Made by a program: the position numbers and the translations under genes. From assembly GCA_002713325.1 (NCBI GenBank), contig PAWD01000021.1:15535-79534 (forward strand): a stretch of 64,000 nt of DNA, in the 5' to 3' direction. The notes beneath the pieces are model-generated. The model ran no database searches and was not told where the DNA came from. It worked only from the letters and a program-made list of their open reading frames with translations. Below, one piece after another: positions 20,237 through 28,240 of this stretch (the first letter of the stretch is position 1; each line of letters opens with the position of its first letter). Source of the DNA: Nitrososphaerota archaeon (lineage in GTDB: Archaea; Thermoproteota; Nitrososphaeria; Nitrososphaerales; UBA213).

Positions 20237-20800
20237 ATGGCACAGATGCCAGCACTAATTCCAAAAGAAGTAGAGATCCAGCGACTCAAGAAGGTTATGA
20301 TAATGATCATAGTCTTGGGTTCGGTAGCTGCTTCAGTGGAAGTAGACAACTTCGTAGACGGTTCGTTACACCAGACTTCGATCAGAGACTCGGCATTCAC
20401 ACCAGCTCACTGGTGGCTATACAGTCACTTTGTGGCTTTGCCATTGGGTTGGGGTGCTGTCATGATCTATGACCGAAGAATTCCATCTCTAAGAGGCCCT
20501 AATAATTCAGTGAATACTGGTCTGAAGATAACCATCATCGGTTACCTTGGTACCATGTTCACAATCGGTATAAACGAGATGTGGCACTTCTGGTTCGTCG
20601 AGGAAATCTTTGCTGTGCCCAACCACTGGTCATTCAACATGGGTGTTGTTCTAGCATTCATGGGTGCATTGGGTTACGTGGTTAGAGTCTATGCGCGTAT
20701 GATTGAGCTTGGTGTGGAATCACCACCAAGTAACCCGTACGTAGCAGAAATGTACAAGATGGCTCTAGAGGGCAAACTGTACAGTAGGAGCATTCCATAA
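20237..20800 (+). CDS. amoC: Ammonia monooxygenase subunit C, archaeal type
   Basis: 187 aa, polytopic. The sequence (..HQTSIRDSAFTPAHWWLYSHF..NEMWHFWFVEE..) is recognised as archaeal AmoC. Confidence 0.93.
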   Translation: MAQMPALIPKEVEIQRLKKVMIMIIVLGSVAASVEVDNFVDGSLHQTSIRDSAFTPAHWWLYSHFVALPLGWGAVMIYDRRIPSLRGPNNSVNTGLKITIIGYLGTMFTIGINEMWHFWFVEEIFAVPNHWSFNMGVVLAFMGALGYVVRVYARMIELGVESPPSNPYVAEMYKMALEGKLYSRSIP

Positions 20801-20818
20801 ACATATTCAGTAAAATCC

Positions 20819-20850
20819 GTTCCCGAAAGGGAACTCTCCTTTGTTTCATT
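20819..20850 (+). terminator. Hairpin (GTTCCC-GAAA-GGGAAC) plus T-rich tract after amoC
   Basis: A perfect 6-bp stem with a GAAA tetraloop sits at 20819..20834, 19 nt after the amoC stop. It is followed by TCTCCTTTGTTTCATTT. Confidence 0.4.
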
Positions 20851-21012
20851 TATGTTTAAATGTAAATTATAATATCTATAGCAAGCTAGGGAATAGGATA
20901 TGTCGATAGGCTATATCATAGAAGAACCATTCATATACTTGAAAAACCCTATCAAACGAGTTTTTACACCTCCTTTTTATACTTATTAAGATTTTACAGA
21001 GGTCAGCATAGT

Positions 21013-21024
21013 AAAATTTAAAAA
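21013..21024 (+). promoter_or_regulatory. TATA-like box for amoX
   Basis: AAAATTTAAAAA is centred ~30 nt upstream of the ATG at 21048. Confidence 0.35.
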
Positions 21025-21047
21025 GGTATTTGCTTCCTAATAGCCAT

Positions 21048-21305
21048 ATGTCCAAAGACTCTCCTAGGGAAGAGATCGAAAGAATGATTGGTAAAAGAGT
21101 AGAAAACATGAAGGGACTCTACATAGTTGGGGCTATATTGTCATGGGTCGCAACAGCTTTTGGTGTATGGGTAGGTTTTACATACTATCCATGGGCTTAC
21201 GCAATGGCTAGCGGAATATTTGCACTCATAGTACTTACAGTCATCATAGTATTCGCATTCATCTTCATATGGAAGACAGCGATGGAAAAACCGGTAAATC
21301 CATAA
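21048..21305 (+). CDS. amoX: AmoX, small membrane protein conserved between amoC and amoA in archaeal amo clusters
   Basis: ORF track 21030 (TTG); first ATG at 21048. Two TM helices (LYIVGAILSWVATAFGVWVGF / IFALIVLTVIIVFAFIFIW). Its position between amoC and amoA matches amoX. Confidence 0.8.
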   Translation: MSKDSPREEIERMIGKRVENMKGLYIVGAILSWVATAFGVWVGFTYYPWAYAMASGIFALIVLTVIIVFAFIFIWKTAMEKPVNP

Positions 21306-21315
21306 ATAATTACCA

Positions 21316-21335
21316 CCCCCCCTTATTTCATTTTT
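21316..21335 (+). terminator. C7 run plus T-rich tract after amoX
   Basis: CCCCCCC TTATTTCATTTTT begins 11 nt after the amoX stop and lies upstream of the amoA TATA box. Confidence 0.4.
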
Positions 21336-21360
21336 AGTGGATGAGCCAAAGGAATAAAAT

Positions 21361-21369
21361 TTTATATAA
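21361..21369 (+). promoter_or_regulatory. TATA box for amoA
   Basis: TTTATATAA, preceded by an A-rich stretch, is centred ~30 nt upstream of the amoA ATG (21395). Confidence 0.5.
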
Positions 21370-21394
21370 TGGTCATCATTGAAGTATAACCAAT

Positions 21395-22045
21395 ATGGTT
21401 TGGATGCGACGTTGTGTACATTACCTATTCATAGTAGTGGTTGCAGTAAACTCGACACTGCTGACCATTAATGCTGGTGATTATATATTCTACACAGACT
21501 GGGCTTGGACATCATTTGTAATATTCAATCTTTCACAATCAACTATGTTAGCTGTTGGTGCAATATACTACCTTACATTTACAGGTGTACCAGGTACTGC
21601 TACTTATTACGCGACCATCATGACGATATACACGTGGGTTGCAAAGGGTGCTTGGTTTGGATTAGGCTATCCATATGACTTCGTAGCAACACCTGTATGG
21701 ATACCAAGTGCAATGTTGATGGACCTTGTGTACTGGTCGACTAAGAAGAATAAACATGCAACGATACTGATTGGTGGTGTGCTAGTAGGAATGACTATGC
21801 CATTGTTCAATATGGCTCATTTACTTACGTTAACTGATCCGCTGGAAACCGCTTTCAAATACCCACGGCCTACACTACCTCAGTATATGACACCTGTCGA
21901 GCCACAAGTTGGTAAGTTCTATAACAGTCCGGTAGCACTCGCAGCAGGAATTGGTGCTGTGATAACGGTGCCTATGTCCGCATTAGGTGCAAAGTTAACT
22001 ACGTGGACATATAGATGGGCTGCGGCTTGGAGTAAGTGGGATTAA
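21395..22045 (+). CDS. amoA: Ammonia monooxygenase subunit A, archaeal type
   Basis: 216 aa. The sequence MVWMRRCVHYLFIVVVAVNSTLLTINAGDYIFYTDWAWTSF...FKYPRPTLPQYMTPVEPQVGKFYNSPVA is near-identical in pattern to known archaeal AmoA. Confidence 0.97.
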   Translation: MVWMRRCVHYLFIVVVAVNSTLLTINAGDYIFYTDWAWTSFVIFNLSQSTMLAVGAIYYLTFTGVPGTATYYATIMTIYTWVAKGAWFGLGYPYDFVATPVWIPSAMLMDLVYWSTKKNKHATILIGGVLVGMTMPLFNMAHLLTLTDPLETAFKYPRPTLPQYMTPVEPQVGKFYNSPVALAAGIGAVITVPMSALGAKLTTWTYRWAAAWSKWD

Positions 22046-22408
22046 AAAACCCAATTCTTTTACTTTTTATATTTTGATATCTATCTTTAGATATACTCTG
22101 ATAATTAATCGACCTTTTTTTAATTCGTCATGTTTATGAAGAGGTTCTATTCAAAACCTCAAAAATTTAACATATCTGATGTATAGTCATTGGAAATAGA
22201 GCCTAAGAACTTTTCTATACCTTTAAGAGAAAACTAGTAGATCGTAGATTACTCATCCATATTAACCAAATATGAATATACTGATGTGGAATGAGATGGA
22301 TCTTGAACCATCCAGATGAATGAAAGGAGGTTTTGTCATATGCCAACGTTCATAACATAATGTACTAAACACAAAATAAATTAAAGAAATTTAGTTTTTT
22401 ATGATCGT

Positions 22409-22612
22409 CTAACTCTTTCGAATACAAATTCCGATAAAGTATGCTAGACCAACACCAAGTCCGATCATGAGTGGTACATATGCCTTCAATGATTGAGTGA
22501 TATATACTCCTTCTCCCTTTAATTCTTGAGCGAAAGCCGTAGGGAACATAAATGCTACAACAACTAATCCGATCGCCAAACCCAATAGTAGACTTTTTTG
22601 TAAGCCTTTCAT
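22409..22612 (-). CDS. Small membrane protein convergent with amoA
   Basis: 67 aa. Signal-like N-terminus (LLLGLAIGLVVVAFMFPTAFA) and a C-terminal TM helix. Confidence 0.5.
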   Translation of the reverse strand: MKGLQKSLLLGLAIGLVVVAFMFPTAFAQELKGEGVYITQSLKAYVPLMIGLGVGLAYFIGICIRKS

Positions 22613-22668
22613 TGCATAAGTATCAGAAGAGGTGTAATATAACTATGATGGTTTTGTAGATAATTATA

Positions 22669-22763
22669 AGCCTCGGGCGGGATTCGGGCCCGCGACCTCT
22701 TCCTTACCAAGGAAGCGCTTTAACCATTATGTTATAACTCTAGCCAGGCTGAGCTACCGAGGC
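22669..22763 (-). tRNA. tRNA-Thr(GGU) with 20-nt intron in the 3' strand of the D stem
   Basis: Reverse complement reads GCCTCGG-TA-GCTC-AGCCTGGCTA-GAG[TTATAACATAATGGTTAAAG]C-G-CTTCC-TTGGTAA-GGAAG-AGGTC-GCGGG-CCCGAAT-CCCGC-CCGAGGC-T. The intron (22718..22737) has a 4-bp helix TAAC/GTTA flanked by 3-nt bulges (BHB-like). Confidence 0.8.
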
Positions 22764-23055
22764 ATGATGAACACGCTTCTACGAATTACTTATTAACTTT
22801 TCTAGGTTTAGACTTTTTGTCAGATTTTTTCTTAGTCTACATGTTGATACCACTTACGGTCTTACAACAATTATATCGACCAAATCTTACCATGGAAAAT
22901 TTTGTCTGTATCCTTTATACACTTCGTACTTAAAGAACTAATAGATCTGTTCTCTATTCTCTTTATTCAACACATTACCTACACGATGTAAATATCATAA
23001 GGTTTCTGTAGATGCTAAAAGGTTTAAGTTATGATCTACGAGTTAGTTTATCATC

Positions 23056-23173
23056 GCGGGGGTTGCCGAGCCTGGCCAAAGATACTAGAAAAATTGGAAG
23101 CGCGGGACTTAAGATCTTGAGATGGGTGATCCCGTCTCTTAGGAGTTCGTGGGTTCAAACCCCACCCCCCGCA
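23056..23173 (+). tRNA. tRNA-Leu(UAA), class II, with two introns (D arm and canonical 37/38)
   Basis: GCGGGGG-TT-GCCGAGCCTGGCCAAAG[18 nt, 23082..23099]GCG-CGGGA-CTTAAG[15 nt, 23114..23128]A-TCCCG-long variable arm-GTGGG-TTCAAAC-CCCAC-CCCCCGC-A. Anticodon TAA at 23110-23112. Confidence 0.85.
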
Positions 23174-23336
23174 TTCATGATATCATTTTGTACAGTCCAA
23201 ATTCTTTCCTTATTCGTTACTACGAGTGAAGGCGATAGTGGTAAATGAATTTGATCTTAATCATAATACAGACAGGATAAAACTAAAAAAGTCTGAAGTA
23301 AATCCATGTATATATTTGAAAAAGCCTAGTGTCTAT

Positions 23337-24284
23337 ATGACAAGATATATACCAAAAGCAGTGGAGATCCTTTCAGCATCATGTGATCTTACCGTACATA
23401 AAGGGAGGGCTTTCCCAAGCAAGAAGGATATTATTAAGAATGTTAGTAACAAAGATGGTCTTCTTTGTTCCTTATCTGATGTCATAGATAATGAAGTGAT
23501 TGTTGCCACGAAGAAACTTAGGGTAATAAGTTCCTATAGCGTGGGTTACGATCACATAGATATTGATACCGCAACGAGATATGGAATATGTGTTACTTAT
23601 ACACCAGAGGTTTTGACAGAAACCACAGCAGACTTAGCATTTACTTTACTCCTTACTACAGCCAGGCGAATTACTGAGGCTGATGTCTTGGTAAGAAGTG
23701 GTCAATGGCGTAGTGGTTGGAAGTATGATTTTATGTTGGGTAGTGATATCAATGGGAAAACATTGGGTATAATAGGTCTTGGAAGAATAGGTTCAGCAGT
23801 TGCTAAACGTTCTAATGGATTTAAAATGAGGGTGTTATATCACGATAGGAATAGATTACCTATTGAAAAGGAGGATGAACTTGCCGTGGAATATAGATCA
23901 TTAGAGGATCTTTTGAAGGAGAGTGATTTTGTCAGTATACACTTACCATTGAATAATGATACTTTCCACCTATTTAATGAACAGAAATTGAAACTTATGA
24001 AACCCACTTCATACTTGATAAATACTGCTAGAGGTTCAATAATAGATGAAAAGGCATTGATAAGAGCATTGAAGCAGAAATGGATAGCCGGTGCGGGGTT
24101 GGATGTATTTGAAACTGAACCTATCTCAAGAAATAATCTGTTGTTAAAAATGAATAATATCGTTCTGGCTCCCCATGTAGGTAGTTCTACCACAGAAACT
24201 AGAGAGAAGATGGCAGAGGTTGCAGCCATGAATCTACTCAATGTATTAAATGGAAAAAAACCACTATATGAAGTGAAATCTTAA
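23337..24284 (+). CDS. D-2-hydroxyacid dehydrogenase (glyoxylate/hydroxypyruvate reductase type)
   Basis: ORF track 23226 (GTG). The ATG at 23337 (MTRYIPKAVEIL) fits the family N-terminus and lies ~27 nt downstream of TATATATTTGAAAAAG. NAD motif GIIGLGRIGSAVAKR. Catalytic region includes RG..ID and HVGS. Confidence 0.85.
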   Translation: MTRYIPKAVEILSASCDLTVHKGRAFPSKKDIIKNVSNKDGLLCSLSDVIDNEVIVATKKLRVISSYSVGYDHIDIDTATRYGICVTYTPEVLTETTADLAFTLLLTTARRITEADVLVRSGQWRSGWKYDFMLGSDINGKTLGIIGLGRIGSAVAKRSNGFKMRVLYHDRNRLPIEKEDELAVEYRSLEDLLKESDFVSIHLPLNNDTFHLFNEQKLKLMKPTSYLINTARGSIIDEKALIRALKQKWIAGAGLDVFETEPISRNNLLLKMNNIVLAPHVGSSTTETREKMAEVAAMNLLNVLNGKKPLYEVKS

Positions 24285-24292
24285 AATCTTAA

Positions 24293-24691
24293 TTAGTTAT
24301 GTAACGGAATTACTTCCTTGGAGCCATATTTTTTGAATATGTATTCATAGCGTTCTATTCTTTCCTTTACTGGATTTCCATTTTCATCCTGCATTCTTGT
24401 AAAAAACACAGCAATAAGCCTTTCATCCTTTACATTCATCAATCTTATACTGTAACTTGTTTTGGTCTCTTTTTTTTCCCTTACAAACCTTATCTCCTTC
24501 ACTTCATTCTTGTTTATGTGCATATGACATGGCCCATCATTATCTCCAATGGTTATCCAATTTTCTCTTGTGCGGTATTGTAGATCTTTGTTAACACGCA
24601 TTTCAATAATGGCACCTCCAACATTTATCGATACAAGCACGTTTTCTTCCTTTAGAATATCATTTAATAGATCTTCAAGCATGTTTTCCAT
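24293..24691 (-). CDS. Hypothetical cytoplasmic protein
   Basis: 132-aa ORF with balanced composition. No motif recognised. Confidence 0.55.
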   Translation of the reverse strand: MENMLEDLLNDILKEENVLVSINVGGAIIEMRVNKDLQYRTRENWITIGDNDGPCHMHINKNEVKEIRFVREKKETKTSYSIRLMNVKDERLIAVFFTRMQDENGNPVKERIERYEYIFKKYGSKEVIPLHN

Positions 24692-24754
24692 TACTATCTA
24701 TGTTTTAAATACACTGTGAAAAATTTTTAAGATGGGTTATATGATTTTTTCATA

Positions 24755-25273
24755 ATGAGAGTCGTACCTCTGACCATATTCCTGTTTATGGTATTATTTT
24801 CCATACCAAGTGTATACGGACAGGAAGAATACACTATGAAACAGCTTATTCCACATGGTGGAATACAGGTAGAGCTCATATGGCCCGAAGATCAGGATGG
24901 TAGTTTCAAAGCTATAGAGGTAGACGAGATCAGTAATTTTACAGTAAGATTCGTGGATTCATCAAGTAATAAAATGGTTGACAGTATAGCTTTTGATCTT
25001 GTAATTACACAAGAAGAATATTTGATAGAAAATTATCATGACGAGGTTGCAGACGGGGAGATGGTATTACAAGTACTCTTCATTGAAAAAGGACCTGCAA
25101 CTATCAAAGTAACTGTAAAAAGTATAGGCAATATACCAGTAAACGAATTGGTTACATTTTCGATCAACGTTGTACCCGAATTTGCTTTCATGGCAGTAAT
25201 TGTAATGGCAGTTTCAATGGCGATAGTTATAACAACAAGGTTTAACGTGATTACAAAGTTGCATCTAGGTTAG
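24755..25273 (+). CDS. Exported protein with PEF-CTERM-type C-terminal sorting signal
   Basis: Signal peptide (LTIFLFMVLFSIPSVYG). The C-terminus VVPEFAFMAVIVMAVSMAIVITTRF is a PEF motif plus TM helix plus basic residues. Confidence 0.7.
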   Translation: MRVVPLTIFLFMVLFSIPSVYGQEEYTMKQLIPHGGIQVELIWPEDQDGSFKAIEVDEISNFTVRFVDSSSNKMVDSIAFDLVITQEEYLIENYHDEVADGEMVLQVLFIEKGPATIKVTVKSIGNIPVNELVTFSINVVPEFAFMAVIVMAVSMAIVITTRFNVITKLHLG

Positions 25274-25527
25274 TTGTACGGATTACATTCACATGGATGA
25301 TATTTCTGTGTAGGAGGCGTTATCTATATCCATAGAAACGTGGACCAAGTTCAGGCTTATTCATTAGTCAGAATGAACTAGGATAAGTGTTAGTTACATA
25401 TGCAGAAAGAATGATGTTACTCCATTTGAGATGTTCGTATTAGGTGTTAAATAATATAGATAGTAATGAGAAACAGACAAGAGTACTACCTATCTCTGCA
25501 AGCTCAACAGTTAGTTAACCATCACTT

Positions 25528-25797
25528 TCATTCCCACTTTTCTGGATAATTTGTTACACAATCTGTTACAACTGGTTTCACAGGTACAAACTTGATCTCT
25601 TTTTCACTCAGCCCTTCATTATTCTGCATGTTGATTAAACGCTTCTTCATACTTACTTTGTGCTCCTTGCATACAACACCTATCATATATTCACCAGAAT
25701 TGTCTGTTATGGATACCACATATGAAGGCGGGTTTGGACAATCACCATTCTTATCCTTGATGGAGCATCGGTCTGGAAGCACGTGATGGTTTTTCAT
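25528..25797 (-). CDS. Hypothetical small Cys-containing protein
   Basis: 89-aa ORF with four Cys. No motif recognised. Confidence 0.5.
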   Translation of the reverse strand: MKNHHVLPDRCSIKDKNGDCPNPPSYVVSITDNSGEYMIGVVCKEHKVSMKKRLINMQNNEGLSEKEIKFVPVKPVVTDCVTNYPEKWE

Positions 25798-26127
25798 TTA
25801 GTAATATTAAACCTTTTGAGGACAGTGTGGATTTACACAGAATCTAGAATATACAATATGTTATTCTAATGACAATAAAATGACATATCAGGATCTTTTA
25901 AACTAACATACAAAACTAGTATGTCATGTATTGATAATGAGAGCTATTCTATTATAGACATTAAGATTAATCAATATCTGTTTTACTGTACCAAATATCG
26001 GTGTAGGTTTAATACGTATAAATTTTTAGAATATCTTTACAGGAAATCAAGAACATACAACAAAAACACATTATTAAAATTGATTGTGTCATGAGTTTGC
26101 GTTCCACGGAATTAATTATGATATTAG

Positions 26128-26233
26128 CGCCGGGGAAGGGATTTGAACCCTCGAGACCATTGCTGGTCATAGGCTCTCTACCAATTCCAGGCTTAGGCCA
26201 GATCTACCTCCTCCCAGGCTAGAGCACCCCGGC
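26128..26233 (-). tRNA. tRNA-Ser(GGA), class II, with ~20 nt of intervening sequence inside the anticodon arm
   Basis: Acceptor GCCGGGG/CCCCGGC, G73. T arm GAGGG-TTCAAAT-CCCTT. Variable arm T-GACCA-GCAA-TGGTC-TC. Removing 26179..26198 gives TAGAT-CTGGAGA-GCCTA (anticodon GGA). An alternative two-intron model gives TAGGC-CTGGAAT-GCCTA. Confidence 0.7.
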
Positions 26234-26373
26234 TCAGTTTCTAGCGTAATCTTCATACAAATAAAGATTGGTTCATGTTTTTCAGTTCGTTAATATCTAT
26301 TCACGTTATTGATCTAATCTTCCCGTTTCTCCTTCTCGTAATATCGGTTTTCTAATGAAATGTAAAGGTATTA

Positions 26374-27297
26374 TTAGGTACGAAAATTCAATGTATGACT
26401 TTGTATTTTCAGGCGTTTTGCCAAAAACAAACTAGCTCCTATAGATACAATTAAAATCATTACATAATTGGAAAATTCTGGTACCGCAAAATATGAGCCA
26501 TCCCCTATCTTTTCGTCGTAGATTAACATTATCCTACTAGAAATATTGGGTAACATGAAGAATAGCTCCCCCCTGACCTCCTGACCCTGATTTAGCTTAC
26601 CACGCGTGATTGGATTTTTAAGTAATTTAAAACTCCCTATATCTACTGGATACATATAACCATCATTATCTTTTATAAAAAAAAATGTCGCGCCGTAATG
26701 TAAAACCTCACTTGTTAAATTTTTGAGTGAGATATCAACTAGATAATACGGAGGAGATACGTTAAAAAACTCATCATATACAGTAAGCTGTGTTCTACCA
26801 TCAGAAAGTACTGTTCCCCTGTTAGATGATAATACCCATTCACTCTTTAACAGTGGATCCGGAGGACTTTTGGTCTTGGTAAGATCAATAACAATCTCTG
26901 ATCCATCAAACTCTTTCCAAACTAGCATAGACGCATCTACATCATTTGGTAAAGGAAAGCCCAGCATCCCCCTTAGTATATCATCCGAAGGGATCCGTAT
27001 AGGCATCACTGAACCCATCATAGGAGATGCACTATTTCCATTACCATTTGAATCGATTACTGTAACATAGAAAACATTGAAGGCTCTTGGATTTGGCTCA
27101 ATATTTTTTAAGATCACCTCCAATGTAACAAGTTTGGTGGATAGAGGACCAGCTGTCTCTTCCACAGAAATAACATAGATCTGCATATTTTCATTACCAA
27201 CAACCTCATTTATCGACCCTGAGGTTGATGCAAATGAATCCACAGTTAATGGAAAAAGCATGAAAACAATGATAGATATCAGTATCTTCTGCCGCAT
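26374..27297 (-). CDS. Exported two-domain protein with PEF-CTERM-type sorting signal
   Basis: ORF track start 27309 (TTG); ATG at 27297 (MRQKILISIIVFMLFPLTVDSFAS). The C-terminus AVPEFSNYVMILIVSIGASLFLAKRLK is a PEF motif plus TM helix plus basic residues. Two similar beta-rich halves. Confidence 0.7.
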   Translation of the reverse strand: MRQKILISIIVFMLFPLTVDSFASTSGSINEVVGNENMQIYVISVEETAGPLSTKLVTLEVILKNIEPNPRAFNVFYVTVIDSNGNGNSASPMMGSVMPIRIPSDDILRGMLGFPLPNDVDASMLVWKEFDGSEIVIDLTKTKSPPDPLLKSEWVLSSNRGTVLSDGRTQLTVYDEFFNVSPPYYLVDISLKNLTSEVLHYGATFFFIKDNDGYMYPVDIGSFKLLKNPITRGKLNQGQEVRGELFFMLPNISSRIMLIYDEKIGDGSYFAVPEFSNYVMILIVSIGASLFLAKRLKIQSHTLNFRT

Positions 27298-27789
27298 AAT
27301 TATTCTCAAAGATTGTTTTATTGTTCATAAATCTTTTTAGTGAATGTTTACTCTAGAAAAGTGATAAAGATAACAAGATTGGATATCGTTAAAGATTAAA
27401 GTTCAAGTATATCGCATTATTCCTTGAAAAAGTAAAGCGTGAACAACTGACTTATGTTGGAATGATAAGAAAGAGTATAGATAGCACTTTCCAACTATCA
27501 AAATAGTCAATGCCATAATATGTATGATTGTTGCTATTTGATATTAGTAATTCAATAGTGGAGGTAAACATAATGACTAGCTCCGACTTGAATCTTCATG
27601 AAAATGAGCATTTAAGATAATTAATCTAATTCTAAAGAAGTTATTGAAGGAGGCTAAAACACAATCTGTTTTATCAGCGTCTTTTATAGGACTTTATTAT
27701 ATTATAATTATTGGAAAGGTAACTAGTGTAAGGATCTACAGGAAGTTTGGAAAAAAATCAACATACTAACAACCAAATACTGAATAGTT

Positions 27790-27972
27790 TTGAATTGCCT
27801 TATTGAAGAAATCTTGTCAAATGGAGTAAAAGACAAAGATCTTATGAAAAATACACACATTTCAGAACTAGTGAAGAAACTGCATGTTAGTCTTGATAAA
27901 ACAGAAATTCCTACTATAATGTCTACAAATAAAAACATAGTAGAGCTCGTTAGGGAAAATAGAACACATTAA
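27790..27972 (+). CDS. Small ORF (42-60 aa), weak helix-turn-helix resemblance
   Basis: TTG at 27790 or ATG at 27844 (MKNTHISELVKKLHVSLDKTEIPTIMS...). Its stop codon lies inside the first unit of the 22-bp tandem repeat. An antisense ORF (27723..27938) looks less protein-like. Confidence 0.3.
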   Translation: MNCLIEEILSNGVKDKDLMKNTHISELVKKLHVSLDKTEIPTIMSTNKNIVELVRENRTH

Positions 27973-28035
27973 TTGGCTTATATGGACACATTAATTGGCT
28001 TATATGGACACATTAATTGGCTTATATGGACACAT
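27964..28035. repeat. Perfect tandem repeat, 22 bp x 3.3 (ACACATTAATTGGCTTATATGG)
   Basis: Identical units at 27964-27985, 27986-28007 and 28008-28029, plus a partial ACACAT at 28030-28035. Lies ~205 nt upstream of the giant surface-protein gene. Confidence 0.97.
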
Positions 28036-28195
28036 ATAGCCTTTAATATTTAGATGGATCATAGTATGTGTAAATTTGTATGATAATGAGCACAAAAAGG
28101 AGTTGTATCACTAATGATATACCTAAATATGATCATGTGAAGAGATATACAAGATCACTAATTATTTGTTAGAATGAACATTTTGTTCATAATTC

Positions 28196-28202
28196 TTATA
28201 TA
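28196..28202 (+). promoter_or_regulatory. TATA-like box upstream of the giant surface-protein gene
   Basis: TTATATA lies ~42 nt upstream of the TTG start. AAGGTG (28228-28233) sits 8 nt upstream of the start as a possible SD-like element. Confidence 0.35.
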
Positions 28203-28240
28203 CCAAATACTGTGCCTGTAGGTTAATAAGGTGTAAAAAA

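Noticed and set aside
20227-20472. 81-aa ORF overlapping the amoC 5' half in another frame, plus 20206..20400 (-), 20876..21109 (-) and 19585..19803 (+).
   Set aside because: Alternative-frame or antisense ORFs within or next to the confidently identified amoB/amoC/amoX genes.
22764-22830. ATGATGA (C-box-like) right next to tRNA-Thr, considered as a C/D-box sRNA.
   Set aside because: No CTGA D/D' boxes at appropriate spacing downstream.
17983-23173. Idea that the AMO cluster is a mobile island, because it is bracketed by tRNA-Phe on one side and tRNA-Thr/tRNA-Leu on the other.
   Set aside because: I saw no integrase, no duplicated tRNA 3' segment and no direct repeats at the borders. The amo genes are core to this lineage. 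The bracketing is most simply coincidence.
23012-23248. 78-aa plus-strand ORF.
   Set aside because: It is the translation of the tRNA-Leu gene and its flanks, so it is not a protein gene.
27964-28035. Possibility that the 22-bp repeats are a mini-CRISPR array.
   Set aside because: The units are directly abutting with no spacers, 22 bp is short for a CRISPR repeat, and no cas genes are in the window.
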